Shown in pieces: positions 13,671 to 27,000 of a stretch of DNA of 64,000 nt. Every line of letters starts with the position of its first letter. Positions within the stretch are counted from its first letter, which is position 1. The notes under the pieces were generated by a model. That model saw only the letters and a list, made by a program, of their open reading frames with translations. It ran no database searches and was not told where the DNA came from. Position numbers and translations under genes: made by a program. The stretch comes from Camelus dromedarius (lineage: Eukaryota), in contig NC_087436.1 in assembly GCF_036321535.1 (NCBI RefSeq), positions 87,670,001 to 87,734,000 on the forward strand, given 5' to 3'.

Positions 13671-14869
13671 TTTTTTTAATCTCAATTTCTGACTAATCAT
13701 GGAAAATCGGCAGAATTGTGCCATCATGGCCGGACAGGTTCTGGAGCAGACTGCTTGAGTCCGAAGCCCAGCTCTGCACTTTTCTACTTGCTTGGCCTTC
13801 AGGTTACTTAAGCTTTCTGTGCCTCAGGATTCAAAGTAACTCAAGTTCATTGTCCTCCTCTGAAAAATAGGGATAGTAATGGTAGCTCCCACATAGGGTT
13901 ATTGTGAGCTTAAAATGAGATCATCTCTTTGCCTCAGTAAACGTAAGCTATTTCCTGGGAACACTACACCCTCTTTTCTGCAGCAGTCAAGCGGTGGCTG
14001 TCCTGATCATACAGGGCAAACATACTCTGGATCGACACAGTTGCCAGCAAGTCCACTCCACCCATTTCGTTACCTGCCCAGCCCACGTGGGCATCTGCCG
14101 TCTGCAGCCCCTGACTTGGAACCATGTATCTGGCCAAATAGCCACATTTCAAGACAAAGAAAGAATTACCTCCCAATCACAAAGTTGGTTAACAGTAGTG
14201 CTCGCCCGGCTGGCTGCCCGCCCAGGGCCATATGTTGTTCCTGAGACCAATACTCTTGGCTCTCACCCAAAACTCCAGTAAATTATAGCAGGGCCACAAA
14301 ACCGTTCAAAAGGCACGCAGACTTGCAGAGCAAATGCAATTTCTTTCTTTCATCTGTAACTGATACTCTTCCTGGGATAGCAGGAATAACAGACTTGCCA
14401 ATAAAAAGTCTTTCTATCTCTTCCAATCTAAATGCCTTCTTTTTGTGTAAAATTTTAGTCTGTTGAGAAGTAATTGAACTCTCCATCAGAACTGGTTTCA
14501 GCAGCCTCGTCAGAATGACTTCTCCATTCTTCTCCGCTGGTTGGCGTCTGGGGTGTATGAGGGACATGCTCTGTCTCTGAGGCTTTGGGGACAAAGGAGT
14601 CTCAAATTAGGCTTTGCAGGAGGTGTCCCCGGACCGCCAAGTGGCTGTGCATCTTCCTGTCATTCTCCGGCTGTCACTTTCCTTGACTTCCTCAAGGCCT
14701 GTCCCTTAATGGCCCACCCCACCCAGGCTCTCACCAACACTGAGACTCCCCTGCACTGCTAGCTCTAAAGCCCTTCACCGAGGACCCCCTAACCCTATCT
14801 CTATGATCTTCTTTGGCACGAGGTCCCCAGGCAAAACCTTAACCAACCTCCATGTACCCTGCCTGAGTC

Positions 14870-15350
14870 TGATGTCACTAGAAAAGAATCTGCAGCAAAA
14901 CTTAAAAGCCAGTGTATTATTGTCAGGGAGAGATGGGGATGGGGAACAGTCCTGGGGAAGCCAGAGTGAGAGGAAAAAGTCACTGAAGCAGAGGACAAGG
15001 GATGCAAGCACAAGACGATGCTCAGGGGAACGCAGCTGGTTGCCCAGGCACATGGATATCTCTGGAGTGGCTGCATGGATCATGGAGTCTTGAGATAGTC
15101 AAAGAGTGTGGGGAGGGTGGAGGGAGGGGAGAGGGAGAGGGCGAAGAATGCATCCGCTGGCTCCTTCCCACTTCCTGTCTCTCCCAGTTCACACTTCACC
15201 CCACAAGTCAGAATTCTTCTGCGATTCTGGGTTGTGTTCCCTGCCGCTCCACACAGCACTCAGAGATGCCGCATCCCTGTCAAGTCAGGCTGCATCTGAA
15301 CTTGAAAATGGTGGCGTCTGGTTTCAGCCACAATGGCTCCCATGGGGCCC
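14870..15350 (-). mobile_element. Probable old ERVL-type LTR (LTR16/LTR33-like)
   Basis: Minus-strand end aataatacactggcttttaagttttgctgcagattcttttctag resembles an ERVL LTR 3' end. Confidence 0.4.
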
Positions 15351-15451
15351 ACCTTTCAACAGTTAGGGGGTGAGGTCAATAGCAGGCCAGGGGCAGTGGC
15401 ACACTCAGGCTAGGCATTACTGTACTTTGCTGCCTACAACGAGAAGAGAGC

Positions 15452-16270
15452 GGCAGAGGATGGGAAGGGTCCAGCCCGGCTGGCAGCAGCCCCAGAACTG
15501 GGCCCAGGAGCACAGGGCCAAAGGAATCCCCGGAGGCACCTAAGTTAGGTCCAGTGCACCCCCTTCTGGGTCATTTAGGGGTTGCCTGGGTCTGAGCCGC
15601 ACCACAGTGGGACAGAGAGCAGCTCTGGAAAGCTAACTTCCAGCCCCCATCTCCTGGCCTCGCTGAGGCTGAGCAGTTTGGCTCTGGTGGCCCCAGGTCG
15701 GTGCAGGGGGATATCGTCTGAGGCGACCCCCTCCCAGAGTCCCGCCTGACGCCCTCAGCATTCTCCTGGTCTCCTCTCACCCAGGCCCTCCCTCCTCATC
15801 TCTCTCCCTCCCGCTTCCTCTCTCTTCACCTCCTACAATCCCTCAAGGCCAGAGGGGCAGGTCTGACCTTTTACTTCCACTGTCTCACATCCTCCTGTGC
15901 TCAGCGAGCAGCCCGTGGTCTAGACCTGGTGGGCAGGAAAGGGCTCTTCCTACTCGGTGGGAAGGCTCTGGGCCAGGTCCTCTGAGACTGGTTCTTGACC
16001 TTGCTGGGAGAGGTGATCTGCCATGTGGGTCCCTGCAAGTTCCTACTGGGTGTGCTGAGAATGCGAGCTCTCACCCTTCCTGGGCCACTTCTCAGGGTTG
16101 TGTGTGCAGGGGGCAGCCTGAGGGATGAGGTGGCATCTCCCCGAAGACAAAGAGCAGGCTTGCTACAAAGAGGTAACTCCCTAAACTCAGTGTTCCTTGG
16201 CCAGGACACAAACCATGCTCCCCACCCTGTCCCCAGGCTTTCTGTGAACCCCTGGTGAGCACCAGTGAAG
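15452..16270 (-). repeat. Inverted repeat, right arm (819 bp)
   Basis: Reverse complement of 5652-6470. Confidence 0.97.
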
Positions 16271-17049
16271 AACCTGCAAGTTGGTGTAGATTCTGTTGCT
16301 CCGAGAGGTTTTCTATTCTTCTGCTGGTCACGTTCAGCAGTTAGCAATTTATTAAAAATCTTAGCTGGATTCTTCTTACTAACTTGTATGCATCTAGAAG
16401 CAGTGCCCATGGCTCATTCCTTCTCGGAGGTGCCTGTCTTTCCTTAGATTTCAAGTTAGTTGGTTGACCTGCAACCTCAGCTCTCCAATAGGTTCAAGAA
16501 AAGTTGTGGATTTGCAGATTTTCTGGCAGATCATCAGGTACTTGATTAAGGCCTAAAACATTAAAGAGAAAGAGATGAAAAGCCAACTGAATGACACGAC
16601 TCAGTAGTAAACAGAGAAATTGGAGAACAAACCATCAAACAGCAAGAGAAAACTCTTGTACATTAAGTATATTAATTTGTTAAGAAAATTTTGCATTTCC
16701 AAAGTTTCACATTTTAGCTTGAACTGAGCTGGGAATGAATACGCGATGCAGGTGACTGTTGGTTTTCATTGACATCCTCTCTGAATTATATAATTCATAA
16801 CCACACACATTTGTTATTTTAACAAAAATATTATTATGAGCTTAGGGCAGGGACACAACATCTTACCACTGTCACGAGCAATAAGCAAAGCATCCCAGTT
16901 GTATGTTGTTGGTTGCTGCTGAGATTTGGAGACACATCATCAAAACAACAGAATCCATATCTGTCCCACGGAGAACACTGGTATCAGCGCCTATCCAAGA
17001 AACAGAAAGTAGAAGTCTGAGAAGGGCTGGCTCATTGTGATCTTGGCAT

Positions 17050-17173
17050 TTCTTTTTCTTTTTCTTTTCCTTTTTCTTTGCCTTTGCCTTTGTCTTCCTT
17101 GCCTTCCCTTCCCTTCCTCTTTCTTTCTTTTCTTTCCTTCTTTCTTTCTTCCTTCCTTTCTTTCTCTCTTTTT

Positions 17174-17249
<76 letters not shown>

Positions 17250-17320
17250 TTTCTCTCTTTCTTTCTTTCTTCTTTCTCTTCCTTCCTTCCTTTCTTCCTT
17301 CCTTCCTTCCTTCCTTCTCT
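17050..17320. repeat. Compound (CTTT)n/(CCTT)n polypyrimidine microsatellite
   Basis: Directly visible tandem repeat. Confidence 0.97.
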
Positions 17321-18543
17321 TGTCAGTTCTATGCCTCTCCTTAACCTATTAGATAACTAAAAAAACTTGAGTTGCTCTTGGCACCAAGTCCGCATCCAAG
17401 AGCATCTTAAAATTAGTATTCATATAATTAAGTTGGGTGAGATGAGCCATGCTAGTAGGTCTCACATGTTGAGGTTGCTGCCCGGACAAGTAGAAACGTG
17501 GCAGCAGTTACAATCCACACTGGCTTCAATCAAGCTTCATTCCAGTAAGCACTTTGCCATCTCCTGACACCCAACAGTTACCTGGGTTGGAATCAGAGTT
17601 CCCAGACAGCCCAGCACCCCTACGCAATCTGAGCCATGTCAGGGTTTCCTTGTCTTCTCTTAAGTCACTTTCTTTAATCAAGCACTTCCAGAAATACATT
17701 TATAGAAAGAAAGGAGTCATAAGGATACCATGTGTAATATTTTAGCTGTGAGTGAATTCCTTAGACACTTAGTTGCTTAGAACTTCATTTGAAGAAATAA
17801 CTAGCTTTTAGTTACTCTAAGATGAAGTCAGATCAAGCCAAAAGGTGAAATTCTGGAAATGCAAATGTTCTTACCAGCTTAAAGGAGGCAGGAAAGTGTC
17901 AAAATCTGGATTGCTGGTTCCCACACTGGCCCAGTTGCTTATCAGAGCAACAAAAACCAAATTCATAAAAATTTCATGTATCTTCAAATAAAGAGATAAA
18001 TAAAAACCAGAAGCTCTGACCAAAACAAAAAAAAAACAAAAAAAACAAAAAACTGAACGGTGACCCACTGAGGAAAGTCTGATGTTACAAAATGATACAT
18101 AGTCTATAATCTCCCCTCTTCCTGAAGAATTAGGGGTTGAACCTGACAGGGTCCTGAACAGAACAGGGCTTTGCAAAGAAAGGGTTCCTACTGCTTCTGG
18201 AGATGGGGAGAGAGCACAGCCAAGTTCTCCTGAGGTCAGAAGTTTCTAGTTGGTCAGCAGCCTCCCCGAATTCCAAGCCTCCCCCTTTACTAGGCGGGAG
18301 GAAGAGTTTTCTCTTGCAAAGCTGCCAAAGCAAGGGTTTTCCATGCAGATGAGCTCCTAACCACAGCCAACGGAGAAAAAAATTTAGTATTTTCTTTGGG
18401 CAGGAAAAACATTCTTCCAGCACATAAAAAAATTGTGTTCCCTCCATCCCATTACTGAGGATGTGTGTGAGAGCAGCTTGTAAATCTGCTGATTAGCCTG
18501 GAGGAGCTGCGTGGATGGAAATTAGGAGGAAGGGCTCTTTGCA

Positions 18544-18680
18544 GGGAGGGTACAGCTCAGGGGTAGAGCACATGCTTAGCATGCATGAGGTCCTGGGTTC
18601 AATCCCCAGTACCTCCTGTAAAAGAAAGTAAGTAAACCTAATTACTTACCCCCCTACCAAAAAAAATAATAATAATAACA
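18544..18680 (+). mobile_element. tRNA-derived camelid-type SINE
   Basis: gggagggtacagctcagggg...gggttcaatccccagtacctcc followed by an A-rich tail. Confidence 0.9.
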
Positions 18681-19199
18681 GTAAAGTTTCTTAAGAAAAG
18701 AGGCCAGATCATCTGGGTTCAAATCCTGCCTCTTTACTCTTAAGTGGAAAATCGTTACCCAGTGTGCCTCTGATATGTTCACGTGTTTAATGAGAATAAT
18801 AAAGTTACAGTGAGGACTAAGCAAATCACTGCCTGCAGAGTGGGGCCTGGGTCATAGAAAGCAGTCCCCAGACACTCCGAGCTATCACTTCAGCGGCAGA
18901 CTTTCCACACTTGAATGGCTGGCTCGCGACTCCCAGTCAGCAGAGCTGGAGAGTCCCTGCAGGATGTTTGTTAGCTGAGCCTCTTCAAAGCCTCTGCCTC
19001 ATAAAGGACTTTCCTCAATCATATCATCTTCTGGTCTTTGAGGTTCCTGGCTGCTCTGTGGCCCCACTGTGAGGGCCTAGGGAATCTAATTGGATGCTTC
19101 ACGTACCACATACACTGTGATTCATTTTCCCCCAATGTGAGTATCTAGGCAAATATAAAGGAGGCCCAGCACTGCGGGACATGATCTAAACCTGGGGCA

Positions 19200-20014
19200 G
19201 GAGCACCACCCCAGCTTCAAGGGACAAAGATTTTGATCATTAAGTGCTTTCTGCTGAAAGATTTACAATCAAAAGGGGAAATGATGGAAAAACCTGCACA
19301 TATTGAGTTGTGGGGAAGTCACTCTGGCTCATACATGGTTTAACTTAAACTTTACTGACCAAAGTGGCCTGTTTTGTGGTCTTTTGGACATGCATTGTAC
19401 ATCTGCTTTGGCCTAGAGGAGGAGAATGCATTCAGAAGTCAAAATGGGGTAGCTGTGGTTCAGACATCCAAGGGAAAAGTAGGTGGCCGTTTTGGACGTG
19501 ATTTCAAGCACATTCCTGTATTGCTGAGAACTCGAATTTCATGAGCCGTGTCATCCTCAGAACGCCACCAGCCATTCTGAAAGCAGCGTCTGCTGGCCGA
19601 TGGCAGCTGCAACCTTATGACCTCAAGGCCTCCTCTTGTAGCTATTAAATTTTTAAACAATAAAGTTGCTTTAGTTCCTATGTTAGCAGAAAAAGGAAAC
19701 ATGCAGTAGCCATCAGCTCCTGTTATGTATATGTTTAATACCACATCAAAAGTTAAAACCTACTTGGATAAAAGTGGACAACTGGCTACCTGGCTATAAG
19801 TCTCCCCCAGAGTGCCAGGTACAGACTGATTTTCAGGCTTACTCTCCTGAATTCCTCAGGGAATGAGATCTTAATCATATGAGACTCTGATCCAGGACTT
19901 GGACTATTTCTGACTTGGTGTCCATTCCCCAAGTTGAGGTAGGACTATGGCCTGTTTCAGTAGGAAGCAGCCAGAGTGGTTGTCACCCCATTCCCTGAAA
20001 GATATTGGGAGGGG
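19200..20014 (+). mobile_element. ERV1-class internal remnant: degenerate env TM region and polypurine tract
   Basis: Frameshifted LNNKVALVPMLAEKG / AVAISSCYVYV / NTTSKVKTYLDKSGQLATWL resembles the immunosuppressive domain and CX6CC region; gggagggg tract directly before the LTR. Confidence 0.7.
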
Positions 20015-20581
20015 TGAAATAGGATTGGAGATTGAAACCAAGTTCCCCTGCCAAGTTTATGATTAACCTCTCTATCCAAAACATCATCCTCCTTCTTGTC
20101 CAACACCTGTTCTGCTCAAGATTGAGGAACAGCAAAGAAAAGTGGGGAATCGAAACCCAGCAGGACCTGGGACAAACTCCTCCCCCGTATCCTCTGCTGC
20201 AGCTCCTCTCTGAAGTACCCAGATAATAGTATCTCATGCATAGTTCCTGTGCTTTTCAGATACTAAAAACCACCACCAAATGGAAGAAATTAACCACTTG
20301 ATGATCATGAGGATGTAGCCCCCAGACCTTCTGGTGCCTAAGGATTGATCACCATCAACCACAATCCATCAACCAATCAGAGAATGATGCACATCCCTCC
20401 CTCAGCTGACCTTTAAAGATGCTCAGCTGAAACCCTTCCGGGAGTCTGGGGTTTTTTGGGGGCATGCGCCATGCATTCTCTTCGTTTGGCCCAGCAATAA
20501 AACTTTCTCTGCTCCAAACTCCGACGTTTCAGTTTGTCTGGCCTCACTCTGCGTTGGGCACACGAACTTGCGTTGATAACG
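20015..20581 (+). mobile_element. ERV 3' LTR
   Basis: Starts TG after the polypurine tract; CCAAT, AATAAA near 20496, ends ...cacgaacttgcgttgataac. Confidence 0.8.
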
Positions 20582-20599
20582 TCTCCAAATGATGAATCT

Positions 20600-23500
20600 T
20601 TCCCTCTTCCTCACAGGTAACCACTGTCCTGACTTCTAACGCTACAAATTCTGGTTTTGGTTTTGAACCTCATGTAAAGGGAATTACAGACAGTGACTTA
20701 CGTCTTGTTTCATTCATTTAGTGTTAGAATTGTAATGATCACGTATGCTGTTGCATGGAGGCATGTTTTACTCTGAATTTTTGTTTCAGCGTCATTTGGC
20801 ACACATATGTGAGTGTTTCTGGTGAGTATATAGCTGGGCGGAAATGATGAATCACAGGGAATGTGTACATTCAAACTTAGTAGATAAAAGTAAATGATTT
20901 TCCGTGGTATTTGTACCACAGTGTACTGACTCAGCCATGGATAAGAATTTCGGTTGTTCCGTATCCTCACTAAAACTGGGTATTGCCAGTTATTTTATTT
21001 TTCATTTCAGTCACTCTAGAGTTTGAGTAAAATTCTCTCACTGGGATTCTAATTTGTATTTCTCAGATGATTAATTGTATAAACCATCAGATGCTTAATT
21101 AATGAATCTCAGATGCTTGTGAGAAATCTTTTTAAAATTTATTTTCTATTGAAGTATAGTTGATTTACAATGATGTGTTAGTTTCAACAAAGTGATTCAG
21201 TTATACATTAGCTATTCTTTTTCAGATTCTTTTCCATTACAGGTTATTACAAGATACTGAATATAGTTCCCTGTGCTATACAGTAGGTCCTTGTGAAATC
21301 TTTTTTTAAACTATTAAGATGACTATGATTTTTCCTTTTATATTGTAAATACAATAGACTGGATTGATTTTTCAGAAGTTTAACTTTTCACTCCTGGAAT
21401 AAACCCAATTTGATAATCTTATCAAATTCAAGTTAGTATTTTGTTTAAGATTTGGCACATGTGCCACAAAAATTGACCAACAGTATTCTTCCCAGTAGTG
21501 TTCTTAGGTTACACTTACACTGACGTTCTAAAATAAGATTCAAAAGGTTAATGTTATCTTTTCCTTAAATGTTTGGAAGAATTCACTGGTGGGGTCATCC
21601 AGGCTTGAAGTTTTCCTTCATTTTGTTTTGTAGGAAGATTTTTCTGTTATTCACTTCTTATTAAGCAGAACACACAGGTACCTTATTAGACATCTGTTGA
21701 GATTTGCTTTTTGAACCAGTATATGGTTTGGGTATTGTTTTGTGTACACTTGAAAAAATTGCCTGTTCTGACGTTGTTGAAAGCAGTGTGCTATGTAAGT
21801 CAATTAAGTCAAGGTTGATTGTTGTGTTTTTCAAACACTGAATATCCTTAATACCTATTTTGTCTGCTTGTTCTGTCAGTGAGAGAGATGTGATAAAACC
21901 TTAGAACTGTCGTATTTTCTTGATGGACTGAACATTTTACCATTTAGAAATGTCCCTCCTTATCTTTAATTACCTGGAAATCTACTTTGTTTCATGTTAG
22001 AATTGCTTTACCGGCCTTTTCTTTGTTAATGTTTACAGTGACCTATCTTTTTGGTTTTGTTTTTTGGTTGGTTTTTTTGGGGGGGAGGTGGTTAGGTTTG
22101 TTTATTTACTTATTTTAAGGAGGTACTGGGGATTGAACCCAGGATCTCGTGCATGCTAAGCACACGCTCTACCACTGAGCTAAACCCTCCCCCCTGCAGT
22201 GACCTGTGTTATCTACCCTATCATTTAAATATTTTGCTATTTTTAAAGGTTTGTCTTTCACAGGCAGCCTATATTGTTGTTGTTGTCCTGAAGATCCTTG
22301 TCTTTTAAGTGGGGTAATTCAGCCATTTGCGATGACTCTAATTATTGATATATCTGGATTTACATGTACCATCTTACTATTTGTATTATACTTGCATTAC
22401 ATGTTTGGTGTTCATTTTATATCTCTTATTCTCATTTTAATTATTTTGGCTTACTCCATTGCCTCCCTTTTATTAACTTGTCCTATATTCTTAACTATTT
22501 GTAGCTAATAAGATTTCAATTCAGCCTGAAGAATTTCCTTGAACATTTCTTGTACTGCAAAACTGCTCGGAATATATTCTCTTGATTTTTCAGTTATCTA
22601 AAATTGTCTTTATTTTGTCTTTATTCTTGAAGGATATTTTCACTGGATGTAAAAATTCTGGGTTAACAAGCTCATTTTCAGTTTTAGCACATCAAAGGTT
22701 TGTGTTCAAGCGCGTGGTGTTTGAGAAGCGGTGGTTACTGAAGTGGCTGTTCCCATATAGATAACAGATTGTCTTTTACCCTGGGTGCTTTTGTAATTTT
22801 TTCTTTATCTTTGGTTTTCGGCAGTTTGGCTGTGATGTGCCTAGACGTGGTTTTATTCATATTTATCTTATTTTGGGTTTCCTGAGCTTCTCAAATCTAT
22901 ATAAGTATGTGTTTCACCAAATTTGGGGAAATTCTAGCCTTGAGTTCTATTATTTTCCCCTCGTTCTTCCTCTTCTTCACTTCTGAAACTCGTTATATGT
23001 AGGTGAAATCTTTGCCATTGTCCTGTAGATGCCTGAGCTTCTATTTGTTTTTCAATCTTTTCCCCCTTGTTCTTCATATTGGATTAATGTCCATTGATTT
23101 AGCATCATTTATATTGAATCTTTTTCCTGTGAACTTTTTATTTTGGTATTGTATTTGTTAGTCCTGGAATTCCCATTTGGTCATATTTATAAGATACTCC
23201 AATTTCTCAAAGACTTCTTATCCTTTCCCTTATTATGATCATATTTTGTTTTATGTTGAGTGAGTTATAGTATCCAATTTAAATTTCTGGCCTACTAATT
23301 CTAATCCGGATCATCTCAGGACCAGTCTCTGCTTATAGTCTTTTCTTTTGAGATTCAGTTATATTTTCCTGATTATTCATAAGTAATTTGGGGTTGTGTC
23401 CTGGATATTGTGACAGTTTTGTTGTGGAAACTCTGAGTTCTGTTAAGTGCCTCCAAAAAGTGTTGATTAACTTGCTTCCATTCAAATGGCACTCTGTTGA

Positions 23501-24550
23501 CTGTGTGGCAACTCAAAATTCATTTCAGCAGTTTTATCTTGCAGACTGCCCTGTGCACGCATGGTTCAGGGATTTGTTGAAGAGTTAGGGAGAGTTTAGA
23601 CTTAGAATTAGAGCCTTCTCTCTGGCTCAGTTTCTGGGATTCCTCCCTCACTTTCCAGGGGTCGTCATTGCCCTGAAGTCTGTCCTCTGGTTATTTGGAA
23701 GACTCCTGCAGGGTTTCTATCAAAGTTTTACTCACCCCATGTGGTACAGACTGGGGCATACCCTAGGTTAAATGCTATAATAAATTGATAACTTTTTCTG
23801 TGCCACTATCTTAACCCAGGTGTCAGTTTCCCTTCAGGCTCCGCCTATTTCTGCTTACTCTCCAGTGCCTTTTGGTTGTCGTTTATTTTTAATTTCTCTG
23901 TAGTAATTTATAGCTGCTACCCGTAGGTGTGGTTGCTTTTTAAGATTTTCTGTCTTTGTTTTTTCAGAAGTTTTATTTGTATGTTTTACTCGTTTGGTTT
24001 CTTTCTATTTGTCCTGCTTGGGTGTTCGTGAACTCTTTAGTTGGGGCTTGTTGCCTTTCATTAGTTTTGGGAAGTTCTTGAACATTATTTCTTTAAATAA
24101 TGTTCTTTAAACTTTCTCTCTCCTCTTTTTCCAGGACTTAAATTATGTGTATTTTAGACCTTCTTACTGTGCCATAAATCTCTTGACTTGTCTCTATATT
24201 TTCTACATTTTTTCAAAGTTTCTCTGTGCTTTCAATTTTTTCTGCCGTATCTTCCAGTCACTAATTCTATGTAGTGATTAATCTTCTGTTAAATCCAATC
24301 CTCTGAGTTGTTAATTTCATCTAATTGAGTTTGCCAGTTCTAGAGTTTCCTTTTGATTCTTTTTTATAGTTTCCAGTTCTCTGTTGAAATTCTGTGTCAT
24401 AATATTCATTTATAGTTGTTTAGATTCCATGTCAGATAACCCTAATATCTGAATTTCCTGTGAGTTTTTTTTCTATTGATTTTCTTCCCCTTAAAAAAAA
24501 CTTGTCATTTTGTAGGCCTGTTTTTTTTTTTTTAATGATTGCTAACACTA
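20600..24550 (-). mobile_element. Patchwork of old L1M fragments, with a younger L1 3' fragment (~21135-21290) and a SINE nested
   Basis: T-rich antisense L1 ORF1/ORF2-like text; nested insert flanked by ttgtga(g)aaatcttttt. Confidence 0.7.
22052..22194 (-). mobile_element. tRNA-derived camelid-type SINE
   Basis: Same family as 18544; degenerate TSD TRCAGTGACCT on both sides. Confidence 0.9.
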
Positions 24551-25769
24551 TGTACAAGAAATTTAGATATAGCATGAGGTTCTGTATACTATTTTTTAAC
24601 TAATAAAAGAAAGTTTTATTTCAAGGCTTCAGTAGTCTTATAGATATCCAAAAATGGACATCAAAAGGCAGAACAAAGAGCTGGGAAAATGGTTTGTGGA
24701 CCTGGAACTGTGGGGACCGAAACTGCCCCATCCATCTCTCTGGGAACTACACATCTCATACCTGCTTCTTATTGCTACTCTCTGCTCATCAGCTTTTACT
24801 TCTGACTTGCTGACATGTAAACGATGTAAGATGTCAACTTACACCAAATCTGTGTGACATTATAGATCTCATACTCACCTATATTCACCTATTTCCTCCT
24901 ATTTCCATATATCTTAGTTCAAATTCCTGAGGAAGAGACTATGAAAGACTCAGCCAAGTCTGTGGATAGGTACCTGTCAGGACAGGTGTGTACCCCAGGT
25001 CCACTCTGCCATGGCTGGAGATGTGTGATCTCACATGTTCAAAAAAGACAGCAAGATCATGCTTAGAAGTAAGACTCAGCAGAAACCAAAGATTCTCATA
25101 CCTTGTAGGAAAACATTCATGTCAGCATCACTAGATTTTGTGTTATTTTCTTCGTCTGTTAGCTTAAGGTAAATCACATCTCTTTGCTTTAAATTTGAAT
25201 TCTTTTTTTTTCATGAGTGAATAGAATTTGAATAGAATTTTACTTCATGAAGCATATCACTCACAGATGATATATATTTCCAGAGATAATTTAATTCTAG
25301 TTCCGTCAGGCAGTTAGACTCAGGCAATTACCCTAATCCCATGAGGGACTGAACTGATTTGGAATTGAGCTTTAATCCTGTGAGTACTAGTCTACTTCAA
25401 GCTCATTCTTACTCACAGACCCCGTCACTTCTCAGGGTCCTGACCAGAAGTCTGGGGGTTTACCAGAGCCCATCCTCCTTGGCAGACTCTGAACTCTAAT
25501 GTTGTCACCCCCATCCCAGTGAGACCTTGAAAAGGTCTTCTGAGTCCCTCAACCTCTGCTTTCACTTTCAGAATTGACAATGGCCAGAAGGGAAAAAGAT
25601 GTGTCTCGAGTACGAGGCTCATCTCCCTGGATGAGCAGGAGGTTGTCCAGGACACCTTAGCCACTGTAGGAAGCCCAAGTTCACACGTTATCCACATACT
25701 TCCCAAGAATGTTCTCATTTTAGAATAAATTAGTCTTACTTCCCAGGACCTTTGGTCCCTCCATAGTAT

Positions 25770-27000
25770 GAAAGATCTTACAGCTAACTTTTACATTAGC
25801 TGTTGCACCTGATGGTTTTTCTCAAGAGCTTTTCAAAAACATAAGCCAATAGGGTACACTCTATGCTCTTGCCCCATTGTCTCGAAAAGAGACCCCCAGT
25901 TCAGGCTGAGCAACTCATGAATATGGAAAAGTGTTATCTAGCATGATATATACGTCCTCCTCTACCCCAACCACCACTTTTGTTTTTGATGAGGGCTGTG
26001 ATTTACTCCACTCTGCCTGGCATATGGGTAATGACAAAGCATTAAACTAATGGGAGAGTTGGGGTAAAGGGAGAAGTTTTGAGTCAATCCTATCCACCAT
26101 TATGACATGGGTCTTCACAGAAGAGAAGAGACTGTCACCCCTCCCCTTGTTTCCTAATATGTCCACAGTGCATGCTGGCTGGTCTCCCACAATCACAACG
26201 ACCCAGTGGGTCCCAGACAATCTGGCTCTTATGCAATGTATCTTTTCAGCTTTCTCACCAAATAGGATACACATTTTGAAAGTGACGGGGGTTACCCAGC
26301 TATCATTTGACTTCTCATATTGAAAAAAACCCTCAGAAAAGGTTTTCCAACCCCTCCACTTTTCTAACACCTTGAGAGAGGTATAGTTTTCTGATGGACC
26401 TGATATTAGGATCACTTGGGTCCAAGCTTTGGAGACCAGCTGGATGAGCTGTTTGGATAGTGTAGGGTTGGATAATGATGAACAAGGTCAACCTCTGCTT
26501 CCTCTTTTCTCTATTAAATATGCTGACATGCCAATGATGGTGTCATAGTCCTGGGGTAAGGCCACCAGACCCATTCTTCAGTTTCCTCCCACTCACCATC
26601 AGTTCCTTTTTTAGATTGCTCCCCACTGGAGTGTCTCCTGCCTAGTTAGATTCTATTCTTGGTCTATACTTCCATCCTCCAGAACACCCTTCAAGATCTC
26701 CTATATGCCAGGCAGGCAATGACCCACTGGAACATCCCTGGGTGAATCCTCTTTACCTAAGTGATCATTAATTGTCCTTCTACCTTAATATCTCACTCTC
26801 TACCTTGGAAAAATTTGACCTCCTCTGATGTTTGTTCTAAATTAGTCAGGACTAATCTGGTATTCCTGGTGTCGTAATTCTGAGGCACAACACGCCTCTT
26901 TGCCACACCTTTCCTTTTTAATCCACCGGCTGATCCCCTCCAATGCCCTGAGATAATCACACAGATGGCACCCTCCATGGTGCCTGCAGCTCAAAAGCCA
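25770..27000 (-). mobile_element. Degenerate ERVL-class internal (pro/pol) remnant
   Basis: HWVVVIVGDQPACTVDILG...SKLLPLP and ...PGRVE*ITALIK resemble the ERVL protease-RT junction. Confidence 0.5.

Noticed and set aside
14283..15373. Several ~100-aa ORFs next to the right inverted-repeat arm
   Set aside because: No recognisable homology; partly within a probable old LTR
17037..17360. Phe/Leu/Ser-rich ORFs resembling membrane proteins
   Set aside because: Translation of the (CTTT)n microsatellite
18544..18620. tRNA-like sequences (also at 12363, 22052 and 61138)
   Set aside because: A-rich tails, TSDs on three of the four copies and multiple diverged copies identify them as SINEs, not tRNA genes
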